Position numbers and translations under genes: made by a program. The notes beneath the pieces are model-generated. The model was not told where the DNA came from. It saw only the letters and a list, made by a program, of their open reading frames with translations, and made no database searches. A stretch of DNA of 64,000 nucleotides from the human T2T-CHM13v2.0 reference genome, Homo sapiens, in assembly GCF_009914755.1 (NCBI RefSeq), contig NC_060925.1, one strand, 5' to 3'. Positions 1 through 14,372 of this stretch are shown piece by piece. How positions within the stretch are numbered: position 1 is the first letter of the stretch; each line of letters opens with the position of its first letter.

Positions 1-208
1 TTGCTGTGCAGATGTTTTTAGCTTAATTAGATCCCGTTTATCAATTTTGGGTTTTGTTGCAATTGCTTTTGGCATTTTTGTCATGAAATCCTTGTGCATG
101 CCTATGTCCTGAATGGTATTGCCTAGATTTGTCTTCTAGGGTTTTTATAGTTTTGGGTTTTATAGTTTTATGTAAGTCTTCAATCCATCTTGAGTTAATT
201 TTTGTATT
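1..208 (-). mobile_element. L1 ORF2 fragment
   Basis: TKINSRWI...KTIKTLE ORF2-like translation. Confidence 0.85.
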
Positions 209-324
209 AAATAGATTCTTTTCATTGAGTACCAACCAGTGTATTCAAAAAACATGGGGGATTATATAATCATTTGAATGTTATAGTCCCTCAGAAGATT
301 TGTTTTCTTCTTGTAGATGGCTAA

Positions 325-636
<312 letters not shown>

Positions 637-867
637 TAATTCAACAGGAGGTACAGATGATTTGAAGCTTTCTGATGGGGCTTCTCTATTTCTTAGTCAT
701 CTGTACTTCTCATGTATTATCCTTCAGAGTCCCAACCCAAAGCCTCGGGTCTTATAGAGACCCATCTCCCCTAGTGGTCTGATTTCCAATATTGTATTTC
801 CAACCCCTTGCATCTGTTGAAAGCTCTGCTTAGCATTTGTGCTTCTGGAATCAGTAGATAGCTCTAA

Positions 868-1185
<318 letters not shown>

Positions 1186-1540
1186 CTTGGCTGCAAATTT
1201 TTGACTCACTTCTCAACCTCTCAATGCACATCTCTCTGATCTTGACCATGCAATTTTCCTCCCTACCTTGGTGTATCTCTGATGCATTCAAACAAATGTA
1301 GGGTTAAAACATTCACCCAGCTTTCCTAGTTGTTTTCAGCAAATTGATTGACATTACCTACTTCATCATTGTAGGAAGGGAAATATTAGTTAAATTTTTA
1401 ACACAGCATTCCACATTTTTCTTTCCTTTTTCCCTAAACTCTGAGGTCCCTGAGAGGAGGGGCTGTCTTCTTCATCTTGATGTGCCCAGGACTCAGCACA
1501 GAACTTGAAATACAATATATGATTATTAAATATTTGTTAA

Positions 1541-1876
<336 letters not shown>

Positions 1877-3299
1877 TCTCCTTGGGATTTCTGGTAAATA
1901 ATGTAATTGTTTTTCACCCTTTCCAGAAACTGAAAACTGTCACTTGAGCATGGTAGTATGCCAAGGGCAGGGCAATGAGAGTTGTCCTCTCTGTGTGTAG
2001 TCAATTGGTTAATACACAGACCAACAAAAATTTTTTCCCTGAGGGGTATTTTATCACTGACATTGTTTAGAACTGCTGGTAGATGGTGATAGTAAGAAGT
2101 GGGTGACTTTTAGTGATTTTACTGTTTTTAAAATTCTCACCATAAAATGTGCTCCTATTGCCTGCAGTCTAGGATGGACTGCTCCCACTACCTAACACTT
2201 GATACACACAGCTCATGACAATGGAGGCAAGTGAGATGCTTTTGGGGGACAACCCAGCTGGGTTCATAAAGAAGTGTGTGCCCCTGTAGTGAGTGGGCCA
2301 ACTGGTTTTGACACATTGCATTATTCCTGACTGTCCCATCCTCTACTGGGTCTCTGGGGAAACATTTATCTGCACTAAATTGCTTTAAACCACACTTCTA
2401 CTGATGAGATTGGTTAGGACACGGTGGCAGGCAAATGCTAGAATATTATTTACTCAAACTGCATAGTCATGTTCGGGTTTGCTTTTCATACTAGATGCCC
2501 CTTGAGGACAGGGGCAGGTCTCATTCATTATTGTCTGTTCCAAAGCAACAACTCCAGGATTGCACAGAATTGGAGTTCAATCAATGTTACATTGAATGGT
2601 TCTCCCCTGTATGTCATTTCACACATAAAACAAACACAATATTTTTTGTTATATGTTTGATTCTTAAAACCAGCATGCATGAAAGTGAAAGATAAGTTTT
2701 TTAGAGAATATATGACATCTTGTTAAAAAGCCCTTCTGCTTCCAGGGATATAATTTTAAGATAAATTGGTAATAAAGATTCATGACCAGGAAACCTATAT
2801 AGTAAAGAGAAATACCATACATTAAAAGATGAGTTTATGAAAGTCAAAGGCAAACTGAGGTTCCTTGTGTAGAAAGACTTTCAATAAATCTACAAAGCTC
2901 AGTTGAGAACATTCCTCTTTGGTTATGCTCTTATTTATCTGTTATTTTAGAGGTTGATAGGCACCGAAGCCCACCTATCTAGATACCTGGAACCCAGGGC
3001 CACCTTAAAGAAAGTTATCTGAACTTATATTGGTGACTATTTTTGTACTTGCTCAAGCAGTAAGTCAGCTGGTTGACATCTCAGTAAATTTTCAGAACTT
3101 GGCATTTTTTTTTTTTAATGCTACTAACAACAAAGCTTAGGGAACTGTTACATTTATTCATTCTTCTTCAGTGAGTCACTTTGATCTTATAATTCTTATA
3201 TTCCTAATCATTCTTAAACATTTCTTACTTTTAGTCCTCATGAATTTGTCTTTACTCTAAATGAGAAGCACATTGATAAGTTTGTGTTTTTGAAATTAA

Positions 3300-3672
3300 C
3301 TCTGTTAGTCATTAATACTATACACTAAATATGTTGGTTTCTCCACCATTCCAGAAATGCTGGTGGGACTGTATTTCTTAACATCAGGCTAGGTAAAATG
3401 ATGTGACTAGCTCTGGCCATTGTGTTGTAAACAGAAGTGACATGTATTCCTTCCTGATCAGAGAATTTAATAGTTCATGTAAGACCCTCCAGCAATCTCT
3501 TTTCCCTCTGGCATGGTGACCAGCAACATTTGCTCTGTCAACCTGGGTCTTTAAATGGCCAAGATGAGCTGAGCACCCCTGCTGACCCATGATGAATATG
3601 TAGTGTGAACAACAACAAAAAAATCCTTTGTGGTTTTAAACCACTAAGATTTGGGGATTATTTATTACTATT
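3300..3672 (+). mobile_element. MLT1 (ERVL-MaLR) LTR, partial
   Basis: CATGTGACT-like and AAACCACTAAGATTTGGGG motifs; continues after 4079. Confidence 0.65.
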
Positions 3673-4079
3673 TGTATCAGAATTCTACCATAGAAATAGA
3701 ACCAGTGTACACACACACACACACACACAGAGAAATTGATTTATTGAAAGAATTTGCTTACGTGATTGTGGGGGTTGCTAGGCAAGTCCAAAATCCATTG
3801 GCAGCTCACCAGGAAGGGTAAGCTGGAACTCAGGCAGGAGCTGATGCTGTAGTCCACAAGTGTAATTTCTTCTTCAGGGAAGCCTCAGTTCTGCTCTTAA
3901 GACCTTTTGAGGCCCACTTAAGATTATCGAGGAAAATCTTTCTTAGTGAAAAAATCTGATTATAGACTTTAATGACATCCACAGAAAGCCTTCACAGCAA
4001 CACCTGGCTTAGTTCGTGTGTTATTGAGTAACGGGGAACAGTAGCCTAGTCAATTTGACACACACAATTGACCATCACA
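3673..4079. mobile_element. MLT2 (ERVL) solo LTR with internal (CA)n
   Basis: TG...CA termini; 5-bp TSD CTATT/CTATG. Confidence 0.8.
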
Positions 4080-5082
4080 CTATGGCATAACATAACTAGG
4101 CTCCCCAAATTGCACGATCATAGGAACAGTTCAGCAATATGTCACTGTCTGCAGACCTTAGACTCCTTAAATGTCCTAGCTCTTGCATCCTTTTTATATA
4201 AATAACTACAAACTAACTGGCTGAGTGACAAACTCCAAAATACAGAATTTTGTTTTCAACCCATATGCTAAATGGTAGCTTATGGCATTCTTTTTCAATG
4301 AGTGTCCACCATAGGCTAAATGTGAAACAAAATATCTAACACACCACCACCAAAGTAAATAAATAATCTTAAAAATCATCTAACTCTAGACCTTCTGATA
4401 TTATTAATCTCTACTTAAATTGAGCTGGGAGCCATGCAGGATAAATGTGTCTTGATACTACCCCCACTTCCTCCATTTCCTCCTATGACATTTCAATAGA
4501 CCCACCTTCCTCCATCAGACCTCCTAGGAGTGATTTCACTTGTGTCTTCTACACATTTCTGTAAACTGCCTATTTACACCAAATATTTAGCATACTATTA
4601 GCAACTTCTGCATTTGTTAAGTCGATCATTAGACTGTGTATTTTAAAACATTATCTAAATTTATAACATCTGTCTCTACTTAACTCTGTGTATTCTACAC
4701 CTCATTTTCCTCATATAGAAAAATAGTGGGTCTGGGCTTCAAGAGTTCTAATTCCGCTCCCCAGCTCTAACAGTCTCTATGTCTATCATGTAGTCATTTC
4801 CTAACTTTCCATGCTCAATGTTTCAAACACACTTTATGAGTCTAACACATTTGATTACTATTGATTTGATATTTAACCCTTATGGCATGGATCCACATGC
4901 TTCACCATGGAGATCTCCGACATGAGTCTCTATCCGACCCAACAAGGTATACTACAGTGTTTTCTTTTTTTCTCCTCTTTTCCTTCCAAGCTACTTAAAA
5001 ACGAGGATAGCTTTCACTTTATCGTGTTAGGCCCTTCCAGGTTTCAAAGAACAGACACACAGGTTACTTCAGTTAATGTGAG

Positions 5083-5088
5083 TTTATT
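5083..5088 (-). terminator. Candidate distal polyadenylation signal AATAAA
   Basis: TTTATT on + strand; GT/T-rich TGTGTGTCTGTTCTTT downstream on the minus strand (~5061-5046). Confidence 0.65.
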
Positions 5089-6827
5089 TATGTCAATACA
5101 TAAGAAAGGAAGAAAAAAAAAAAGCAACCCAGGAACTACAAAGTCCAGACTCATTGTTCAGGAGTCAAGTATTTCTCCAGTAAGCTAAGAGCAGAATGGT
5201 GAATCAACAAGACCTCAAATTGTCTTGACTGCAGAAGTAACTGCTGTCACTGTTCTCAGAGTCACCATTACGGTGACTGTGTCTATTCTGGCTGTGCTTC
5301 CTATTCATCATTTACTTTCTGGTGTTCAAACTCCCTAAAAGAGGGCCGTGATTGGTGGGGCCAGGTACCATCAAACAAGAATACCACTGCTAGGTACACT
5401 TTCATTCCTTAGGCCGCCCTCTGGCCTGAAAATGAGTCTCTTTGGGTCGGGTACTGAACCTTGGTACAATCAGCTGTGGCCAGTGTAGAGAGCTCACATG
5501 GCAGAAAACATGGTTTTGCTCCTGCAGGAGCTGTGGAGGTAGGGTCTCTCCAAGACACCAGGAAAACTATAGATCCACCTATGAAATATGAATGAGAGAT
5601 AGCTTTATCACTGGAGACAAATTGGCCTTTGTTTCTCAATGACATTTTCCTACAGAGGATTTTCAAAGTGCTTTATCAGTACCATAACTTTGCTGAAAAT
5701 ATGGTGTTGCCTTCTTGTTATTACATTTTCTAGGATGTTGCCTTTAATAACTCACCCCTTTTAAAGAAGCAGCTAATCTTCACTTTTAACTATTAAGTGA
5801 AATTGTAGATTACGCTCTGATTTGAATGTTATTGGATCATATTTTCTGAGTTGTCTTTAAAGATCTTCATCCTCTATTTATATTGGAAAGTAACATATAA
5901 TTTCAACGTTTTTAATCCTGGGAATTGAGGTCATATTTCCAAGATTGGTTGTGCATTTGTGTGGGAAAACTCTAAATTAGAAACCATCTGTGTTTGTCTT
6001 GCAAGGGGCTCAGAATGTCTCATCTGCTTTTCAGAATTTTCCGCCCATGGGGAATAGGAGAGTCCATAAGGGAATTAATAATTTTTTAATGTCTGAGCCA
6101 AAAGGAATGGGTTTGAGAGCCAGATATCCACTTCATAAAAAGAGATCTTTTCTCCTTACTAATTTATCTCTCATATAAAAATAAATCACAAATAATCTTC
6201 ACCCTTACTATGATTTAATTGGACTCCTTGTACATGACTGTCATCGCACTGTTAGCCCATTTTTTTAAAAAAAAACACGAAATTGTAGCATTCAGAAACT
6301 GCCAATAAAATCAGAATACTATTGACTATTGCAGACTCAAAGTTCACTTTTAAGCCTTTGCTAACCTCTCCAATGATAGTTTTTTTTTTAAAAGTATGCC
6401 TCTCAGATTGATTCTCTTTATGAAAACAGCACCCACCTTATTACATGCTGTGCATATCCTTTCAGAGATAAGACTGCCTCAAATCCAAATTACTTTAGTA
6501 AATCAACAAAATTTTATCCTGTGTGGGTCTTGAGAAAGGAACCATATAAAGCACTCCAAATTGTTTGGCTCAAGTAGGTTTTCAGCTTCTCACCTTGAGT
6601 CTGGAGCCTCAGACCACTCGGCCGTCCTGACACTCTAGGCTGTCAACTTCTATGCCCAAATGGGAAGGGAATTTACACGTTGGGTGAGCTGGTTGAGATG
6701 GCTGTTAAAGTATGCTCTACAGCTCAATATGGGTTTGCTGAGCAGACACTAGGTTCTCTAGTGGGGTCTCTATGATTGTTTCTTTTTCTCACTAAAAATT
6801 AATGTACTCAGAATGAACATTTATTGG

Positions 6828-6863
<36 letters not shown>

Positions 6864-9695
6864 GAAAGAGATAGGTATAGTGTTTCAAAGATGCCTCCTT
6901 GTGTGAATATACAAAACAGTGGGCCCATTGGACCAGTCGCATCTACCTTCTTCATAATTTACCACAGTACAGCTTGGTTACTGATGAGAGACTGATTTGT
7001 TTCTGAGATCAGCTTGAGGAGAAAAAGAAATGCCTCATCTCACAGTATGAAAAAGCCATCTAATATTTACTTCTGAAAAAACTGAGCATCTGGTTATACG
7101 AAAGGTTTGATAATTTTAATGATTCCCCCAAATTCAACCCTTTATCAAACCCATTTATTTAGGGATCTTAAGGTTAATAATATAGATATGTCCAGGTACA
7201 AGTTTATCCTATTTACATAAAGGAACATTAAAAATTCAAGATACCTTTTGTAACAGAATTAGAAGTTTAGTAGTTGAACATAGCAAAAGAAAATGTGTAA
7301 TAGTCTATTAAATGTAACTTTTTTTTTTCAAATTGCCAAAAGAAGCGTTAATGACCAGTGAAGTTTTAGAACCTTGTAAATACAAGACTGCTAATGGGTC
7401 AAAAATAAGAAAATTTCATTTTTACATCTTCAAGAAACTTCTGAGGAATACCCATTGAGTCACTGTATAAAGCAGCATCTTCATAATTCAGCCAAAGATG
7501 GGAATTCTCTCAAATGAGAAAGACAGGCTGCGAACTGGGGTTGATGTCAGGGCTATTCAAAAGCCTCCGTCCATTTAAGTCAATAAGGTGAAAATGGTAA
7601 GCAGCTATTTTGTTAACAACATATAAAAGGAAAATGAAAGATGCTAATCCAAATCAAATTGGAAAATTTTTTACCTTGGGCCAAATGGAAGTTATATTAA
7701 TTTTGCCTTTAAAAGGTGTATAATAAAGCACACCAGTTCATTGGGAACAAGTACAGAAAGATAAAAGAATGAAACATTTGTCCACAATATATGGGGCTGT
7801 TCGTAAGGACTGAGTTTGAATAAACAATAACAAAGTATCTTTCATTATAGGAAGTGGCTGTTCTATGCAAGTAATGGCAGCGTTTTACATTCCTAAAGTT
7901 AAAAATAATGAAATGAATTTTGGACACAGAAACACACACCAGTGGTCATACGTGTGGAAAAAAAAAAAAGTTAATTGTAGGATAGAATTCCTGAGACAGA
8001 TAGACCCTGGATCTGATCTTATCAAGAAATTCTTATGGTCTTTTCTCCCCCCTTGGAATTTAGTTCAATAAAAGTTCCTAAAAACAAACAGAATGAATCA
8101 GAGTCACTGAGTATAGCCACAGGCTGGTGGGAAATGAGCTTCTATCCATCCCAGGTTCATCGAGGCACTTAAACCATTAACTGCATTTCAAAAAAAATCC
8201 CCCACATTTTTCAAAGGGTGAGATCAACCAAAAATGTGATCAGACCCCTCTCACCAAGAACCATTCAGACATGAGACAAACAGTAGCACAGAGAGGGCCC
8301 GAATGGTGCCCAGAGTTACACAGGTGCAAAGTGTATCCGCAGACCTTTTGTTTCTTTGTCTGCTTTGACTTGTTAAAGACGCTGGTTTTCATTCTCTGTG
8401 CCACAGGACCTAGGAAGTCTGCAAAGCATCTCTTTACAGCATTCTTTTAAGTCAGTGGGGACATTTTCAGCATTCCTTGTTTCTATCAGGTTCAGGTACC
8501 TAAAGCTTGTTGTTTACAAAGCATGGATGTCATCTCACTCTTCCACTTCCTCTCCAATGGTTGGACAAGCAGAGATTCAATTATTTGATAGGCTAGTGGC
8601 CAGTGACAATGCAGTGGAGGCCCACAGTATTGATCTTTGATGGTGTGTGCAATGATTTGATTTGGCGGGGGGGTGGATAAAGGTGATGGGGCTTGGGAAG
8701 AGAACAGGCAGCATAAAAACTGTCACTGCTCAAATGGAAGTTTTCAACTGGTAGGCCCATCGGAAGGTCATTTGAATTCCACAGGAGAGAGAAGTGTTCT
8801 CATAGAATAAGTCATTGTTTAAAATCAACACTTGAGGATACATAAGGCACTAAGTTAGTGTTAGTGGTACTGAAATCCAAGATATAGTCTCTAATTGTGT
8901 TTGTTTTCCTTTTTGCCTCTTGGGAAATAAATCCAGGAATGTTAATGGGGAGTAGTCACCCTGCTCCTCATAATTTCTGGCATGGACATCCACCAGAGGG
9001 TGTCAAATTAACCTGTTTTTGTTTTGCATTCTTTCCCTCCTGGAAAGTAATTCCTGGGATATTTAGGGGTGGGGGGGAATGGAGGTTGATAGTTTGTTTA
9101 GCACAGAAACAAGTCTAAAAGAAAGGAAAGCCGTCTCTAGAGGGATAGCTAAAGCATCCAAATGAAAGAAAGTTCTGCAGAATGAAATGTTCTCTTGGGA
9201 GACATGAACCCATTTCTGACACTCTTGGTATGGGGGTCACTTTTCTGGCTGCCACAGAAGGACAGTGTGGCCCCATGGAGTCACCACCGCTGCCCAGACT
9301 CCCCTGATTAGGGGCTTGCTGTGTCTGGTAGGCATCTGCTGCTGCTGCTTGGCAGAAAAGCCTGGGATGCGGCTCCTGGTGATAGCATTTTGCCAGGCCT
9401 CAAAAGGAAATGGCAATGATGGTCATTCCGTAATGGATGACATTCTCTTCTCGTAGCACATACAGCAGATAGTGACAGTGAAGGGGCCCCATGACACCAA
9501 GCCTATGAGTGTCCCATGGCTGTGGATGAATACTTCAGGGGACAACTTGAGAACTAACAAATTTTAGTTTATTTGGTTTTTTTTTCTCCCTTTAGATGTC
9601 CTTTTTAAAACCAACTCAGGTCGCTTTTGTTTGTCTGAGTGTGAACTTGGTAGGTTTGTCTCCACTCCTATTCTGATTCCTTCTTTCCTTTCTGT

Positions 9696-9826
9696 ATTTA
9701 TTTATTTTTAGAGGCAGGATCTTGCTATGCTACCCAGGCTGGTCTCAAACTCTTGGCCTCAAGCAATCCTCCTGCCTTGGCCTTCCAAAGCGCTGGGATG
9801 ACAGGCGTGAGCCACCGCACCCAGGC
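9696..9826 (-). mobile_element. Alu monomer (FLAM-like) within the 3'UTR
   Basis: Left-arm-only Alu. Confidence 0.85.
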
Positions 9827-10493
9827 TGCTTTCTTTTTAAAATCATCACCAAAGCCACGTTTACTTTATTGGGATAACTGGCAGAGTTATAACTCCCAAC
9901 TCAAATATGGATTGTGTATATGGTAAATATTTAGAGTCTTAGGGACTGGCTATTATTGATGAAGAATTTCAGTGAGAATCTCCCAATTAGTCATAAAACC
10001 ATGCTACCCTTAAAAATACAGCTTCCTTCCAGCTCTCTTGATCAACTGGTTAAATATCTAGTGAAGCAATACTTGCAAATAACAAGAAGGGAAGTAATGT
10101 GATCACTCACTGGATAACCAACATAGCCATTCTATATTAAGTAAATCCATTGGATAAGATTCACAGGCTCCTCGATCACTCTTTTGGCATTTAGAAATCA
10201 AGTCTCCAGAAATGAAAAAGAATAACTGAGTGTTTCCTTGCTCTGAAAATACATGTATATTATGGTCCTGAAGAACCAGCTCTAGCACGACGTCTAGTTT
10301 TGTGTTGATGTTATTCATGCCAAAGCAGCCCAACGCAATGTTCTATTGAAATGTTGACAATCCAGATCTCCACCAGGGTTTCTGTGGGGCTGTGCTCTTT
10401 TCATCCACATTTGCAACAGGAAGCTGTGAATTTGTTTTCCTTTGTGGATTCTGGGGGAGGACCTGGTGTTGATTCCATCAAGATATGACAAAG

Positions 10494-10499
10494 TTTATT
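10494..10499 (-). terminator. Candidate proximal polyadenylation signal AATAAA
   Basis: TTTATT on + strand ~1.44 kb after the stop, at the end of an AU-rich block. Confidence 0.5.
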
Positions 10500-11935
10500 T
10501 CAAGAAAAAGATTATATATTATAATGCTTAGCATTTATATAGGTTCTTTTGATTTCAAAACAAGTTATAAATATTTCCTACCGTGACAACATCCTTGCGA
10601 GGTAGGTGAGTTATTACCGTCTACATTACCAAGAGAAGCCCGAGGCCAAGCAGTGAGGGGCTCCGCTTTGAGTCACAGAGTCGGGAACAACATTGGAACT
10701 GGACATCCCGGCCACCTGCTGTGGGCTCTGAAGAGGCCATGCCTCTCCCTAGTGTAGCAATGGTCTCCATTAATACAGGGGTATATATTGTATAGATATA
10801 AAACAACAACACACAATTACGTTATAGAACAATAATTCAATATTTCTGCTTCTTAGTAAAATATGTTAAGCACAGTATTTAAATTGCATTTCTCTGAAAA
10901 GCATTTGGTATATTAAATAGCAGAAGGTATATTAAATAGCTCTAGAAACGTTTGCTGGCATACTCTTAACAGCATAATGATTCTAAAGAAATTAAAATCC
11001 ACTGACGCATAGAGATTTTTTCCTTTATAATACCATAAACTGAACAAAAATGTGAAAAACTACTTTATTCCCAAAATGCAGACTTGATAGCTTGCTGGAT
11101 ATTAGCAGGTGGCTACATAATTTTTCTGAGCTTGAGAGAAAGGATACATATTGCTGACTGTGATTTTTTTTAAATACCAATTCGGTAGGGGAAAAAAGGA
11201 TTCAGTTGAAAGGTGAAAATGAAAGACTGCTATTTCCACTTAGTATCCATTCTGAAAAATTTGTATGTTTTCAAAAGATGTTATCATAGTTAGAAGTAAT
11301 GTTGAGGTGAATACAGAAAATGCTATATAATAGGAACATTTTGTGAGAAGAGAAAATGATACCAAATAAAACTTATGGTATAAGAAGAAAATGAGCAAGA
11401 CAGAAAAGGATATTTTTCAAGGGTGTTGAAGGCTGGCATGAGATGTAAGCTATTCATGCTTAGCTGACTGTGTAGGTCTTGGAGACGATTTACAAGAATA
11501 AACACTTGGTTTTATCAGTCTCTTCTCCAAGGCAAAATCCTCACCTTCCTCTCTAAATCAACAGTTCTCAGAATGGTGTTAAAGAGCCCACCTCATGCTA
11601 AGCTTCCTAACAACTGACCGGGTAGGTCAGCAGAAAAAGTTCTAAAACTAGAAAGGAGCAGGAATGAAAGTCTTAAAATTTGTATGCAAACGTAAAAACT
11701 AACTTCTACGCCAGAATGACATTCTCTGTCAGAGGTAACAAATACAAAAGTCTTAATTTTAGTGTACACGACGCTAAGATATTGTTAGATAGGTATTATG
11801 TGTTGTTCAGAGAATATTTTTTATAAGTGTGCTTTTTCCCTAAAAAAAGAGACATATTAAAGTGTTTTTTCTCTCCTCAAGTCCTTTATGTATAAATATG
11901 AAATACAGAGCTGTCCTGTCAGTTTCTTCATCATG

Positions 11936-12192
11936 TTATACGTTCCGGGGATCCTTTCCGCCTGTGTCGTCTGTGGCAGTTTTGTTGGAGAGGGGTTTGA
12001 GTTTGAACAGGCTTGAGCAGTTCGGCTGTTTGGTTGGCTGTAAGGTTTTGGCATACGGTGAATACCAGTCCCTTTCAAACACATCTTTAAGTTGCTTAAT
12101 GATGCTTCTGTTGTTCCTCACATCTGCCTGGTTGATAACAAGGCCCGTGCCAGCATTCTGAGTGAAATCATTCCCTACCCAATCAAAATTTC
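11936..12192 (-). CDS. PLD5: PLD5 last exon, coding part (257 bp, GNFDWVGND...KDPRNV*)
   Basis: CAG acceptor 12195-12193; TAA stop at 11938-11936; completes the split Gly codon from the previous exon. Confidence 0.96.
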
Positions 12193-12784
12193 CTGCAAAC
12201 AAACAAAGAAATAATGTTGAGGAGTTAGAGTCCACTGGGAACATACCCAATATAATGAAATTCAGAGTGGATTCTATTAAAAATCATCAACATCCAGGAA
12301 TAACAACGGAGAGGCTGAATTGTGTTGACAGCTCCGAAAAAAAAATCCAAGAAGCCTTACATATGGCATATTAATATTTGCATATTATTTTGGCATTTTC
12401 TTCAGCTTTGCTCCGGTGGAAACTCAAAACAAGGAATCTGCTGTTCTTTCTTGTAAATGTTATTTCTTATTGACATTCACAAGCCACACTAAATACAGCA
12501 ACATTTAAAATATATAGGGATTCATTTAAAAATCCTGTGAGTAATTACTACCTTCTCAAAGAGACAACATCTAATCCATGTGAACAAATGAGGGATTCTA
12601 ATTATAAGTCCCTGAAGCTTTCACATCAAAGAAAACGCTGAAGCCAGAGGAGACTCAGTTCCTAACAAACACTCGATTGGACTAGAAATCATTTCCCAGA
12701 CCCAGGATCCGGCCCCTTGGCCCCAGGAAGTGGGGCAGGTGCTATGAGAACAGCCTCTCAAGTATGACTGCCCGTGTTATGTGG

Positions 12785-13370
12785 TGTATTCGTGTTTTTA
12801 GGGCTGCCATAGCAAAGTTCCACAAATTGGGTGGCTGAAACTACAGAAATGTATTGTCTCACGGTTCTGGAGACAAAATCCAGGTGTTGGGAGGGTTGAT
12901 TCCTTCTGAGAACTGTGGGGAGGGATCTGTTCCAGACCTTTATCCGTGGCTTGTAGATGGACATTTTCTATTTTCTTTTTATTTATGCTTTTTGGTTCCT
13001 TTTTTTAATTTTTAAATAGAGATGGGGTCTTGCTGTGTTGCTCAGGCTGGTCTTGAACTCCTGGGTTCAAGCGATCCCCCCACCTCAGCCTCCCAATATG
13101 CTAGGATTACAGGCACGAGCCACTGTGCCCGACATCTCTATGACATTTTCTGTCTCTTCATATTGTCTTCCCTCTATGCATGTCTCTGTCCAAATTTCCC
13201 CCCTTTTACAAGGACACCGGTCATATTAGATTAGGGGCCACACTAATGATCTCATTTTAACTTGACGATTTCTCTAAAGATCCTGTCTCTCAATAGAGTT
13301 ACATTCTGAGGTACTGGGGGTTAGGACTTCAACATATGAATTTTGGAGGGACACGATTCAGCTCATGCAA
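12785..13370. mobile_element. MLT1-type LTR interrupted by an Alu monomer
   Basis: AGGGCTGCCATA...TCACGGTTCTGGAG...GGTTAGGACTTCAACATATGAATTT motifs. Confidence 0.8.
13000..13133 (-). mobile_element. Alu monomer (FLAM-like)
   Basis: Left-arm-only Alu. Confidence 0.85.
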
Positions 13371-13479
13371 AGGAGTAAGCCTGGGATCTGCCCTAGAAGA
13401 GACTAATCATGTGTATGCCACTCCCATGTAGTCCATCTTCAAGGTGTGGGGGAAGCAGCAGCCTTGGAGAGCTAGAGTA

Positions 13480-13885
13480 ATGCCATTTTCAGTTCAGCTC
13501 CATCTTGAGACTAACAAGGCATGTTCCTTGCCAGTCACAACCATGGTCATAGATGTTTACAGTTGAGAAAACAGCCTAAAGATACCCCAAAGGATACAGT
13601 CCTACAGCAGTGGAAAGTCCAGATGTCCCAATACCCATAACAGTATGTGCTTTCGGGATAGCTATAGTTATGCTTCGATGTACTTTCACACTAGAATGTC
13701 ATTACACCAAGAATGTTTTCTTTAAATCGATAGAATAATAAATTTTGTCATGCTGTCAGCTCACTCACACATAGACACAGCTTAGCTTAGCTTTTACATA
13801 GATAAGACTCCTATATAAGAAAAACACACCACATCCCTCCACTTGCTTTCTGTGGACGCCCTACTCTGTAGCTGAGTAGCTTTAT
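13480..13885. mobile_element. Probable LTR fragment (family uncertain)
   Basis: CTCCATCTTG start motif, TATATAA box; overall LTR-like composition. Confidence 0.45.
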
Positions 13886-14372
13886 TCTTCTTTTTCTTTT
13901 CTTTTCTTTTTTTCTTTTTTTTTTTTTTTGAGATAGTCTTGCTCTGTCGCCCAGGCTGGAATGCGGTGGTACAATCTTGGCTCACTGCAACCTCTGCCTC
14001 CTGGGTTCAAGCAATTCTCTGCTTCAGCCTCCTGAGTAACTGGGATTACAGGAGCCCACCACAATGCCCCACTAATTTTTTGTATTTTTAGTAGAGACGG
14101 GGTTTCACCATTTTGGCCAGGCTGGTCTCGAACTCCTGACCTCAAGTGATCCACCCATCTCGGCCTCCTAAAGTGCTGGGATTACAAGCGTGAGCCACTG
14201 TGCCGGGCCTGATTTATTTATTTTTAGAGGCAGGATCTCTCTCTGTTGCCCAGGCTAGAGTGCAGGGACCTGACCATAGCTCATTGTAGCCTTGAACTCT
14301 TGAGCTCAAGCGATTCTCCCACCTCAGCCTCCTAAGTAGCTGTGAGTACAGGTGCAACCACCGGAACCAGCT
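13886..14372 (-). mobile_element. Full Alu (13886-14209) plus Alu right arm (14213-14372)
   Basis: Alu consensus motifs. Confidence 0.9.

Larger units (their letters stand above)
5065..11935 (-). other. PLD5: PLD5 3'UTR (long form; end inferred from distal AATAAA)
   Basis: Repeat-poor ~6.9-kb stretch downstream of the stop codon, ending at AATAAA 5088-5083; the end position is inference. Confidence 0.65.

Noticed and set aside
10907-10940. 15-bp direct repeat GGTATATTAAATAGC in the 3'UTR
   Set aside because: Simple local duplication with no sign of function
11857-12374. Overlapping alternative-frame and antisense ORFs over the PLD5 last exon
   Set aside because: Shadow ORFs with no recognisable homology or independent start context
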